A stretch of DNA of 64,000 nt from Eledone cirrhosa. Its lineage: Eukaryota. Positions 12,116-24,200 of the stretch are shown piece after piece; position 1 is the stretch's first letter, and every line of letters starts with the position of its first letter. The stretch is from positions 19,716,001 through 19,780,000 of the forward strand of contig OZ024756.1 of NCBI GenBank assembly GCA_964016885.1, in the 5' to 3' direction. The position numbers were made by a program, and so were the translations under genes. The notes below the pieces were generated by a model. The model was not told where the DNA came from. It made no database searches and saw only the letters and a list, made by a program, of their open reading frames with translations.

Positions 12116-15100
12116 AGCAGTAAAAACAACACTCGATTATTATATATTCCACCGGGAATATATAATAATAATTTTAATTTAAAATCAATTTATTTTCATT
12201 TCTAAAGACAAAAGAAACGACAAAAAAAAAAACTTAACATTCTTCTGCAAGAAATATTTCTTTACCTGATTTGGATATAAAAGTTGACAGGATATTTTTG
12301 GAGGTGTGTATGTCTCTACTTTCATTTATAAATCAGCCTCACCCTTTTATTTTATGTTGTTGTTTAACCACAGCTTAGCCCTGTAACCCTCCAAAATAGT
12401 TCTTTCTAGGCGTGACCATCCAGTCTTTCTATATTTTTATATACTACATTACATTGTCCATTAAGCTTTTTTCTTATTAATTAATTAATTAATTAATTAA
12501 TTGATTAATTAAAATAAACAGAAAAGGTAAAGTAAGAAAATACTGCAGTGTTATTTGAGGGAGTTGTTCCTAGTTGAATAAGTACATAGATGTTCCTCTA
12601 TCGTCTCGTGTCTATTTTACAACAATTGTTGTCTAAAACCATTACAGAGGTGGTTTGGTAGAATCGATAGAGCATCGGATAAATCACAATTGCGCTAGTT
12701 GTTTTGGTTCTTTTCATTCCATGTTCAAATCCTGCGATCGGAAACGATTAATGTCTAGTTTGAAGATTTTATTTACAATTGTATAAATAACATTACAAAT
12801 TGTTTATAATTCTTACAGAATGAAAATATAAACCCAAATAATATATATACAATTAATTATTGCTAGGAACCTTATAAATATAATAGTTTCTGATTTAGAC
12901 ACAAGACCAGCAATTTTGGGGGAGGAGAAAGTCGATTAAATCAATCCCAGTGCGTGATTGATAAATATAATACACAGGTAATATATATATACATGGTGGC
13001 CGCCAACTCGTTTTCGAGTGCGGCCACTACTTTATATCCATGTAGGAGAACCCCTACCGATGCGCTGAACGAGTGTGACTTTTTAGTCCAGTCAGCGACT
13101 TGAAAACTCTGGTACAAACACTACACTTGTGAAAATTATTGACACTTAATGCTGGGCCCATGGTACCATGTGACGACAAGTGCAGAGAGATCTCTAGATA
13201 TAAAGCAATGCCTGTGCCGTGAAGTTTTTATAGTGAGCAAAGGCACTGCACAAAGCCAGTCCCACTCTCTTAACCAAGATGATATTTACCAAAAAGAAGA
13301 ACAAGTCAACATCATTGGATACCATCAGGGTTGCAGGTGTCATATCAGAGTTTTCCTTCTCCTAGAATTCTGCCTTGACAAAGGCTAAAGGGTCATCTCT
13401 CCCGGTGATTTTGGATGGCCATTGACTCTTGAGGTTTTGTTTTTAGTCCAAAGTCATCCTCCTCACCAAGAAACCTTGGTAGGGTTGCCAGTTTAGTCGC
13501 CAACGACTCGACCATGGGACAGGTTGTACTGGGATACATGTTACCAGTAGCACCAACTGGTGACCTGACATATATATATATATATATACACACACAATTA
13601 GTTATTGCTAGGAACCTTATAAATATAATACACAGGCAATATATATACAATTAATTATGGCTAGGGACCTTAAAGATATAAAACAATATATATACAATTA
13701 ATTATTGCTAGGAACCTTATAAATAATAATTGTTTCTACTTTTGGCACAAGGCCAGCAATTACCCAGTGTATTACTAGTACTTTATTTTATCGACCACAC
13801 AATATATTTATAATTAATTGTTGCTAGGAACTTTATAAATATAATACACAATATATATATAAGAAGACTTTATTTATCAACATAACCGTCATCATAATAT
13901 TACAATTAAAAAGAGAAAAAAGAAACAAAGGGAAAGGAAAAACACACATCTAGGACCACATAGGACAATAGGCAGGCGAAAGGGGTGGACAAACGAACCG
14001 CTGCCAGAATATATAATCAAAGCAAGAGAAAACTAAGAATTAACGTATTGATCAGTTGGCGTGTATAATATTGGCATGTAGCATCGGGTATCATCGATGT
14101 TATTGGTGTTTCTGTTTAGTCCCATCCTCCGGACCAACCCTGATCGAGCAGGACCTTATGATTAAAGGCGTTCCTACCATGGCCATCCGTTCTTTCAGTA
14201 GAGATATCTAAGTCTACATTGTTCAATGTGTTTTCGTTTTTGACAGAATTTGGCTGCTATTTCCTGTAGTATAAGCAACCACTTAGACACACTCCTTCAC
14301 TGGACTCCTGTGTGAACAGTCGAAGTTTCACAAGGCGCCTTCTGCTTTTTGTGTAGTATTTATTTTGCTTGCTCCCACTCCAGATCAAATGAATTTCACT
14401 CTAGCCATACGTGTACATGCCACATTGCAAACATACACTCGGTGAGCACTCTGAGACACGTTTTGTTCCTTAAAAGTTCATTCCATACTTCATTGAGTGA
14501 GTAGTGTATGCAAACTAGATTATAGTTGATACTATAACCTCAACACACACACACACAGTAGGTAAGTGTGAGTTTATTAGTGTGTAACTAAGTTACTATT
14601 GGTTCACCAGTTTGAGCACTCGATGCTTAAGTGAGTCTGGTTGACGATGTGGTATTGCACATTTGGTGTTACACTGTAGTCAGTATCCTTAATAAGCAGA
14701 GTGTTAAAAATAATGACGAGTAGCAACAAGGAACACGGTATTAGAATAGCATCGTTATATTTACGTGTGACGCGCGTTTCGCGATCGATCTACTCAAGGA
14801 ACATTCACTATCGATCGTGCCTGACTTTGAAATCTATTACTCATCTTATTATAAAATAAAAAAAATAAAAAAATAATGTTTTGTTGTGGTGTTTACTAAT
14901 AACTTAAAAACAAACTAAAAAAACCCAAACCCTTCTAACGTTTTTATAGCAATCATGGGCAAACTGAATGATACTCCTAACGAAAAAGTACCTTGAATTT
15001 TTTTAGAAGTAATGTGACCTGTCTTACGATGAACCATATCACATTGGCCCACTGCTCGAAAAAGGTTGTTGGTCCATACATGTTTTAAAGCCTTTTCATG

Positions 15101-15731
15101 TTCTTAGAATAGTGTACTAACATTTAAGTCCTTTCGTCATTTTAAATACGTCTATCATGTCATGCATGTTACCCCTTAGCCTGCTTCTCTTCTCTAAAGT
15201 TTTAATTTCTAGGGTTCTATTTTTTTTTATTCATAAGACAGAATTCTGGTGCTATCTGTGTTTTTTTTTTCGAAGTGCGTGTGTGTATATATATATATAT
15301 AAATGTAATCTGAGTTTTTCGAATATTAATAATAACATTCGATTCGTTTGCAATTATGCAAACAAGCCTCATTTTTGAAGCAATGTCAGTAGAATGAACC
15401 CTTCATTCTTGCTCTTGTGTTGGCATGTAAACAGAACTGTCAGCCAGATTTGCATATCAGCAGACTGGCCAGTCAGTTTCCTGTATACGAACGATAAATG
15501 ACTGGCTTTGCCATTATTTTTTATTTTTTTAAATTTATTATATATATGTATATGTATATATATTTGGAAGAAACAGGGAGCTGTGTGGTTTCTTGATAAA
15601 GTGTATTTAAAAATAAAATGAAAGCACAAGCGGGGGACAATCTCTTCTCCAGTTGTCTGCTGAAATGTCCGTGATCTCCAGCAGACAACAGAAGTGATTG
15701 TCCCCTGCTTGTGCTTTCCTTTTATTTTTAA

Positions 15732-15762
<31 letters not shown>

Positions 15763-16689
15763 GTAAGACTAGTTTTTAAAATGGAAGTATTTTTACATAT
15801 ATATGATCGATTGAACTTTTGACCGGAAACCTTGATATTTGTATAAGAAATGAAAGTACATAATGAAACTTATATGTACAGTGCTCAGGTGCACTACAAC
15901 AGTAAAACAATACAATAAAATAAACTTGCTTGTACAGGTTTCTAGTTTATATATACAAGGACGGAGGAAGCATTTCTGAAGAGGGTGGGAGGGGCAAATT
16001 TAGTTAATTTACAGTCTGTGACAGCATCGAGGGTACTAATGAAACTTGTTAAGAATATTTAACACAGCCTCTGATGTTGCATGATACAACTAAAACTGAA
16101 GGCAATAAAGTAGTCAGAATATGAACTTCGAGGTGAGCTCCATCGATTTCCATGGTATTTAGGGTCTGGGGAATTATTGGTCAGCGGGAAAAATTCAAAA
16201 GTACCCTCGAAGCAATCGTGGACTGTAAGTTATAACGATTAGTTTAGCTGTTATTATCAAATATCATTCGGGAATTACGGGTCCATAGATACACACATCA
16301 TCTCTCAGTATGTCTGTCTGCTCCTCTCAGTATGTTTGTCTGCTTCTCTCTCTCTCTCTGTATATGGATGTCTGTCTGCACACATACATAGTGTAAGTGA
16401 CAAAAAGAACATTGTATAAGCACAACTAAACAGACACGTGTTTGATTTAAGAACGACTACTGACCCAAATATAGGAATGCTAGGCCACTTTCAGACTGCC
16501 TAGTAGTGGGAAAAAGTAAACAGCTTAACCTTTAAATTCAAGTGAAATGCAGGTCCAAAACACATTGCAACATTTGCAAAAGATGTAGTATATACCATTT
16601 AATAAGCGGGTTCACATTCCACTAAACAGATGACTAACCAAAAGTAGAGTTCATTATAGCTAGGACACAATTCCGACAGATTCTAGAAC

Positions 16690-17080
16690 AATACACTAGG
16701 AGACAGAATCGGACGGAGGCACAACAACTCGGTAATAAATCTGTAGAGGGCCTACATAAACTCCTACAACTCGCAAGGAATGGAGAGATCGTGTGTTTTC
16801 CCCAATAAGTCTGGCAGAATGTCAATAGACAACAGCCTACCGAACTATATCCAGGCAATGCAACTCCATATCACCAACGTGAGAGAAACAACACCGCAAG
16901 CACGAGGAGAGAGAGAAAAAATCCTCAACGCTCATATGATGATGTGGTGTGGCATCCTAGGACCAAGGAAACGCACGGCCACCAACAATTTCCAAAGCTC
17001 AAATAATGACATCCCAGCACTGTATAGACTCCGCAAGGATCATAAAATAACCACCGATCCTGTGGCAGGACCACCGTTCA
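16690..17080 (+). mobile_element. Penelope-like RT N-terminal fragment (decayed)
   Basis: FPNKSGRMSID and IPALYRLRKDHK...GPP resemble the PLE DKG/DKS and PxLYxLPKxHK..PxRPI motifs. Confidence 0.65.
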
Positions 17081-17319
17081 TTGACATTGCACATCTATCG
17101 GGGCATGCTTGCTTCATTTCTCTCCAGCTGTCGCATATCCTTCACAGTTGCTGCTCATGTCTCACTGATGATGATGATAAATAATAGGGGTAGGGGCAGC
17201 AGATATTCAGGGACCCATACTTGTTTCTCTGGGGGCCCCTGGGTTAAAGTGCTTGATGAATCCCCAGCCCGAAAGTATTTGGAACCTGTAAATAAGGACT
17301 GGTATTTTGTGATAGCATG

Positions 17320-17481
17320 CAGTGCTGGATTTAGGACAAATGGGGTCCTGTGCTATTTAAGTTATGATGGCCCTGAATGAGGTAAAAAAAATTTTTGCAG
17401 GAAGACGCCCCCACCCCCTCCTGGCCAATGGAGCCCCTGTGCTTAAGCACACCTCTAAGCACAATGGTAAATTCAGCACTG
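17320..17481. mobile_element. hAT MITE
   Basis: TIR CAGTGCTGGATTTA/TAAATTCAGCACTG and a perfect 8-bp TSD ATAGCATG. Confidence 0.88.
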
Positions 17482-17875
17482 ATAGCATGAGATAAAAATA
17501 CTGAACAATGTGAGAAATTGTTACCTTTGTTGTAACTTCAAAAAGGTAGGTAACCAGAAAGGTAGGTTTTGTCTAGTAGCTGACAGTGATTAAACATATG
17601 GTGGGGTTAGCAGAGAAGACTATATAGCTCTAATATTACAGTTACACACTACTCTCAGATTTCGTTTTTACTTACTATGGAAGTTGTACAATATGAGGAG
17701 AACTTGTTACTTTCTTGTACTCTTGAAGTGTCAGAAAGGTAGCTTTTGTTTAGTAGCAGACAGCAATTAACAGTGATTAACAGTACAGTAATTAACTCTT
17801 TTGATAGTAAATCTCCTGAAACTGTCCCACTTTCTAGAATACAAAACTGTATCAGATATTGTGTGTGTGTATGTA

Positions 17876-17928
<53 letters not shown>

Positions 17929-18071
17929 ATGGATGCAGTTTTTACTGTTAGATCATTATTCACCAGAGTACTCAATACTTGGGGTAGTAGAGTGTGTTAA
18001 TATGAAAGAGTTGGAACTAGCTGTTGAAATGGCAGGAGCTCAGCCGTCGGTGTCCCAACTCCTTCATACAC

Positions 18072-18148
<77 letters not shown>

Positions 18149-18154
<6 letters not shown>

Positions 18155-18339
18155 TAACAGATTAAAGTTTAAGCAAAGAATCGCCATGAACCAAAGTATC
18201 ATCTTCCTGTCTTCCTCCGGTTGCAACGTTTTTTGAAATATTCACTTCTGCATTCACAGATTGACTTTGTTAGTTTCAGAAGATCCCGTTAAGGGTGAAA
18301 GCAGCGATTCTTTGCTTAAACTTTAATCTGTTATTTTAA
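18149..18339. repeat. Perfect 36-bp inverted repeat with about 119-nt spacer
   Basis: ttaaaataacagattaaagtttaagcaaagaatcgc / gcgattctttgcttaaactttaatctgttattttaa. Confidence 0.9.
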
Positions 18340-18741
18340 TAAATCTGTTATTTTAATAAATATTTGCTCTACGGTTCTTATATATTTGATATATATTTAT
18401 CCTTATCGAGCCCTCTTTGGATTTTAGTCTTCAAATTTATTATTATTACTATATATATATATATATATCATCATCATCATCACCGTTTTATGTCGGTTCT
18501 TCCACGCTAGCACGGATTAGACAGGTTGTCCCGTTGTGGGCAATGTCTTGCTCATACGGGAACTGATTCTGACGTGCTGGCTGAATCCCCAGTCCCCAAA
18601 TATTTAATGGACTGGTATTATATGATACCATGATGATGGTGGGCAGCAGATATATATATTCCTATCCAGGAAGCTCCAACCGTTAAGGTTGTCTTTTTTC
18701 AGGGTATCTCAATATTTATTTATAAAACTAATTCTGTATTG

Positions 18742-18807
18742 TATTTTATCTGATGAAAGCGCACCATAATTTGCCTCGGTGGTCCTTGAAATATGTATAA
18801 TAAAATA
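18742..18807 (+). ncRNA. Type-I hammerhead ribozyme motif
   Basis: TATTTTAT-CTGATGA-[aag..cacc/ggtg..ctt stem II]-GAAA-t atgt a-TA-ATAAAATA. Stem I is 8 bp and the core is intact. Confidence 0.8.
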
Positions 18808-18959
18808 AATATGGTTTTATAAATATAGTTTCCATTTGTTAATATATTGTATATTTACTCCACTCTACTGTTGAGTGCTTTATATCAGTTATAAAAAAAA
18901 AATTTTAAGCTTGTTGAATCCCAACAAATTAAATATAACCTCTGCACACACACACACAC

Positions 18960-19003
<44 letters not shown>

Positions 19004-19025
19004 ATCAAGGCTAAATAGTAAGAGT

Positions 19026-19087
19026 TGTTATGTTGTTACTCCGGAGTTTCACCTGCTTATCACAGGGTCATCAGACAAGAAATAACA
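19026..19087 (-). ncRNA. Type-I hammerhead ribozyme motif
   Basis: Minus strand: tgttat..TTGT-CTGATGA-c cctg/cagg t-GAAA-CTCCGGAG (palindromic stem III)-TA-ACAA..ataaca. C.U mismatch at the base of stem II. Confidence 0.78.
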
Positions 19088-19308
19088 TTTCAATAGCAGA
19101 CACAATATAAAGGAAGCCTTGAGGTGGGGGAGTTTAAATGAGGAGGTGTAATTAAGATAGGTTAGACAGGGTGGTAGTGGCAGTGGGGGAGGATAGGATT
19201 GTGTGGTAATGGGTGATAATGGATATAGCCTTAGAACTGGTTAGGGGGTGGGGTGGGGTGGCAGGTGATGAATGTGAACGTGGGTGTTATATATATATAT
19301 ATATATAT

Positions 19309-19424
19309 GAAAAAGTATGACCCCGACGGCAGAGCTCAAGCCGTTTCGACGGCTATTTCTGGATTAGTCCAGAAATGGCCGTTGAAACAGCTTGAGCTCT
19401 GCCGTCAGGGGGTCATACTTTTTC
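19309..19424. repeat. Near-perfect fold-back (about 55-bp arms, 4-nt loop) of the Penelope-like element 3' end
   Basis: The right arm matches 55740-55799. Confidence 0.88.
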
Positions 19425-19503
19425 CTATTACTCTCTCTACTACCCTAAGTATTGAGTACTCTGGTGTGTTATGGTCCATCTGGTTCCTTAACACAACTCC
19501 TTC

Positions 19504-19537
<34 letters not shown>

Positions 19538-19538
<1 letters not shown>

Positions 19539-19659
19539 TATACTTTGGGAGGGTCATGCTACCAATAAAAACACACGCACCTGTTGGTTTTCACTTCAGT
19601 TTATTAAAACCAACAGGTGTGTGTGTTTCTATAGGCAACATGACCCTCCCAAAGTATAA
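19538..19659. repeat. Fold-back hairpin (about 54-bp imperfect arms, 14-nt loop)
   Basis: ttatactttgggagggtcatg...cacctgttggtttt / aaaaccaacaggtg...catgaccctcccaaagtataa. Confidence 0.88.
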
Positions 19660-21055
19660 CAAAATCTGTTTCAACACACGTTTTCAGATAAGAAATTTTG
19701 CAAAACCAATTAAAAAACATATATATATATATATACATATATATAGACTCGACCCCTCCCCTCCCACAGGAACAAGCCGAAGCTGAAAACATATAGATAA
19801 TATGCCTCCCACACCCTCCCACTGCAGAGTGGTCGTGGAGGTGCCACGGCAAAAAAGCACCCAGCCCGCACTGTAAAGGGGATGTGTAGGCGCCACGATA
19901 ATAAAAAGCACCCAGCACTCACTGTAAATGAGGTTGGTGTTTGGAAGGGCATCCAGCTGTAGAAATCAAGCCAGAATCAGTTCCTGTATGAGCAAGACAA
20001 GGTCAGCCGACTGGACACTGCCCACACCAGGACAACCCGTCTAACCCATGCTAGCGTGGAAGACAGACGTTAAACGACGATGATGATGATGATATGATGT
20101 TGTTTTATTGCATCAACATGCTTTTGGTCGCCTTATTCTTGGTGTCACACTTCATTAACTTTTTGTGTTTACTCTGGATGAAAATGTATTAATTTCTCAC
20201 ATCACTGAGTGCTTCATAACTGCCTCTTATAATACGATGAGCATCTGCTATAGTGCAGGTGCAGCTTCGGTTATACTCATTATTATTATATATACAGTAG
20301 GCACCTCTTAACCAATATACACCACACTCCACTACCCCTACTCCATCCTCCCACTGCCACCCACACTGTCCTTTCTCTGTAAAGTTATGTTGGTACCATC
20401 CTGTCTACACTGAAGTGGTCGTGTAGTGACACAACAAAAAGCACCCAGTCCACACTGTAAAGTGGTCATGTAGGTGTCATGACAAAAAGCACCCTGTCCA
20501 CACTGTAAAGTGGTCGTGTAGGTGTCATGACAAAAAGCACCCTGTCCACGCTGTAAAGTGGTTGTGTAGGTGTCATGACAAAAAGCACCCGGTCCACGCG
20601 GTAAAAAGGCTCCCAGTCCACATTGTAAATGTGGTTGGTGCTAGGAAGGGTATCCAGCTGTAGAAAACCTGCCAGTTACAGTTCTATATGAGCGAGACAC
20701 GGTCACTCGACCAATCTTTCCTCAAGTGGGACAATCCCATTTAACCCATGCTAGCGTGGAAGATGGACATTAAATGATGATGAAGATGAGGATGGTACAG
20801 ATACTACCACTTTTTAACACTAGGTGGCTTGTTGTCTCCCTTGAGCAGTGATGGGAGTAGGGAAAGGATGAGAGCAGAGGTGGGGGTGTAAGCTACCTGT
20901 TGTTTGTCAAGGGAGGGGTTAAGAAAATGAGGTACATTTTACCATGGCACCAGCACTAGGGAGGTTGTTGTTAATGGGAGCTGATAATATATCTTTGACT
21001 GTTTAGTTTTAATGTGATGTTTTGTTGTTTCAGCATTCACTCATCCAGCATCCTG

Positions 21056-21214
21056 ATGACTTCCTTTACTTTCATAATCACCGCTGTGTTCGTTTCCTAC
21101 TTTGCTTATTCATTATGGGTGATGGTTGACATATTTTACCCCAAGCCATGTGAAGGGCCACCTAATTCCTGCCTCCCCTCCTACTTGGTTGTCAGACCAA
21201 AACCTACATTTGGG
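21056..21214 (+). CDS. CLPTM1L: CLPTM1L coding exon 1 ([53 protein letters not shown])
   Basis: Acceptor tttcag| at 21033, ATG at 21056, donor |gtaagt. TM segment plus C..C motif like the CLPTM1L N-terminus. Confidence 0.88.
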
Positions 21215-24200
21215 GTAAGTATAGCAACTGACTTCTCATTTCCATCATAGTCTTTCTGAGTCCAATGAAATAATTGTTTCTACATTAGGCACAAGGCCAG
21301 CAATTATCCCAATGTTAATATAGTGAGAGGAATGTCTCCTGGTAAAACACTCACATGATATTGATATACAGTGAAATTCTGTTATAACGAAATTCATGGG
21401 GTATAAAACAAAATTCGTTGTAATGAAAAATTCTTTATAATGAGATCGACTGGAATAAATCAAGCGTTTGTTTATTAACTCGAGGATTGAAAAAAATTTT
21501 GTTATGCTGAAAAATTCGTTAATTTTACCTGTAGTGGGGAGGCACTCCAAAGCACATAACGACTTTTCTGAAGTGGATGCAGATGGTGAGAATCAACTTC
21601 TGGAACTTGTGGATCAGTTCAATGATATGTAATGTGAAGATCTCCTCACTTCATGATCTTCCACTCTTCAATCTTCCCTGCTTCTCCCGTGAGAATATTA
21701 TAGCTACCCTCCTTATAACTTTGAGCAATTGCTAATGACAGAAGATCCTTTGGGTCACTTTCAAATATGTGTTTCTACTGGGATAGGGGTTATACAGCTA
21801 CCCTCCCAATAACTTTGAGCAATTGCTAATGAAAGATGATCCTTTGGGTCACCTTCAAATATGTGTTTCTACTGGGATAGGGGTTATACAGCTACCCTCC
21901 CAATAACTTTGAGCAATTGCTAATGAAAGAAAGCTCTTTGGGTCACCTTCAAATATGTGTTTCTACGGGAATAGGGGTTATACAGCTACCCTCCCAATAA
22001 CTTGGAGCAATTGTTAATGAAAGATGATCCTTTGGGTCACCTTCAAATATGTGTTTCTACTGGAATAGGGGTTATACAGCTACCCTCCCAATAACTTGGA
22101 GCAATTGTTAATGAAAGATGATCCTTTGGGTCACTTTCAAATATGAGTTTCTATTGATATTTCTGTTATCATTATTTTGAATTCTGTAAACTTCAATTTC
22201 TTCTGCTCTTTCAGCTCAGACTTTACACATCAACAAAGTACCAAGCTCCCAGTGAACATGACTTAACATTGATCTGGGACTATCACAATTTTTCATTAAC
22301 AGAATCTATCGATGAGTAAGTATCGCTAGAATTTCAGCAACAATTATCAATTTAAGTCTTAGGGTGTTCACCCAAATGAAAACTTGAATCTGATTTAAAG
22401 TTTTTTTTTTCTTTTAAATGTTTAGAAAACTCTGTCTTTGTTAATATAAATAGCCCTCTATTAACATATTTTGTTTTTACACTATACACCATATTTAGAG
22501 AGTTACAGTAATACAAACAGTCCTCTATCAAAATTCACAGTTTTGTACACTTTACAGCAGACATGTCAAACATGCAGCCCTTTACAAGTGCAACTGTGAC
22601 CCGCACAAAGGTTTTTACAGCGCGAGCATGTTTTATCTTCATAATATAAAATTAAAAAAATTAGTTGTAATGTGCGCAATTAGTTGTCATGTGTGGCCCT
22701 CAGACAACACATGTGACCCATGTGGCCCTCAGACAACACATATGTGACCCATGTGGCCCTCAGACAACACATATGTGACCCATGTGGCCCTCAGACAACA
22801 CATATGTGACCCATGTGGCCCTCAGACAACACATATGTGACCCATGTGGCCCTCAGACAACACATATGTGACCCATGTGGCCCTCAGACAACACATATGT
22901 GACTCATGTGGCCCTCAGACAACACATATGTGACCCATGTGGCCCTCAGACAACACATATGTGACCCATGTGGCCCTCAGACAACACATATGTGACCCAT
23001 GTGGCCCTCAGACAACACATATGTGACTCATGTGGCCCTCGAGGGACCCTCAGTTTGACATGCCTGCTTTACAGAATATATAAAAGGCTACAATTATACA
23101 AATAGCAGTAGAATAATGGTAAATAATCATCATCGTCATTGACATCTACATCATGCTCATCATCTACATCAGGGGTCGGCAACTTCTTTGCCTCCATGGG
23201 CTGGATCGAGTATTAATGATGGATAGCGGGCCGGACGAAGGCTATAAAAGAATAATTATGGAAAATTACACAAGCTAAAATTTAATCATGAGTGTTGACT
23301 ATACTTAAAAGTAATTTGTATTAACCACAGATGAATGTAGTAATGTGACAAATTTTTAATTGTGTTATTGCTGTCAAAGCGTTCACATCTGGTTGGTGGT
23401 GGACATTATGTAGAGTGAATCAGAAGATTTGTGGAAGAATGTAACAGCAGGCCTTTTATTGTATTCGAAAGTCTCATCTCTCATCATCATCATTTTACGT
23501 CCACTTTTCCCTGCTTGCAAGGGTGGGACGGGAACTGATTCTAGCTTGATTTCTACAGCTGGATGCCCTTCCTAACACCAACCTCATTTACAGTGAGTGC
23601 CGGGTGTTTTTATGCTGTGGCACCTCCACGACCACTTTGCAGTGGAGTGATATGGACCCCAGTCCCTATCATCTCATTTCTACAGCTGAGTAAACTGGAG
23701 CAATGTGAAATAAAGTGTCTTGCTCAAGGAAACAACACATCACCGGGTCTGAGAATTGAGCTCACAACCTTTTGATTGCAAGGCCAATGCTCTAACCACT
23801 AAGCCATGTGCCTCTCATATTACAATAAATTTGAATTTTAAATAAACAACTCATTGGGCATCAGTTCTCGCGGGCCGGATTCAGCCCGCGGGCCATAGGT
23901 TGCCGACCTCTGATCTACGTCATGATGATGATGATGATCATCATCATCATCACTATCCTCTACATCATCACCATCACCATCTACATCATCATCTGCTTCA
24001 TCTAAATCATCATCATCTATATCATCATGATATTCATCATCATTATCAACATCTTCATATATATCATCACCGCCATCACCATCATGATATTCATCATCAT
24101 CTACATAACCATCATCATCATCATCTACATCAAACCTTGTAAGTGGGATTGGGTAGATGGAAACTGTCATATTAATATTTATATTTTTAATTAAAAATAT

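Noticed and set aside
12262-12270. Minus-strand donor-like CAG|GTAAAG as a ZNF341 5' UTR exon end
   Set aside because: No matching acceptor was found upstream of the ZNF341 ATG, so there is insufficient support.
16066-16105. Hammerhead-like gcct-CTGATG-ttg/caa-ctAAAA-ctg-aaggc
   Set aside because: The core is mutated at both conserved boxes. Possibly a fossil, but not supportable as a ribozyme.
23838-24170. Acidic and His-rich ORFs (also 38187-38647, 43412-43939, 56816-57605)
   Set aside because: Trinucleotide and pentanucleotide low-complexity tracts without splice or homology support.
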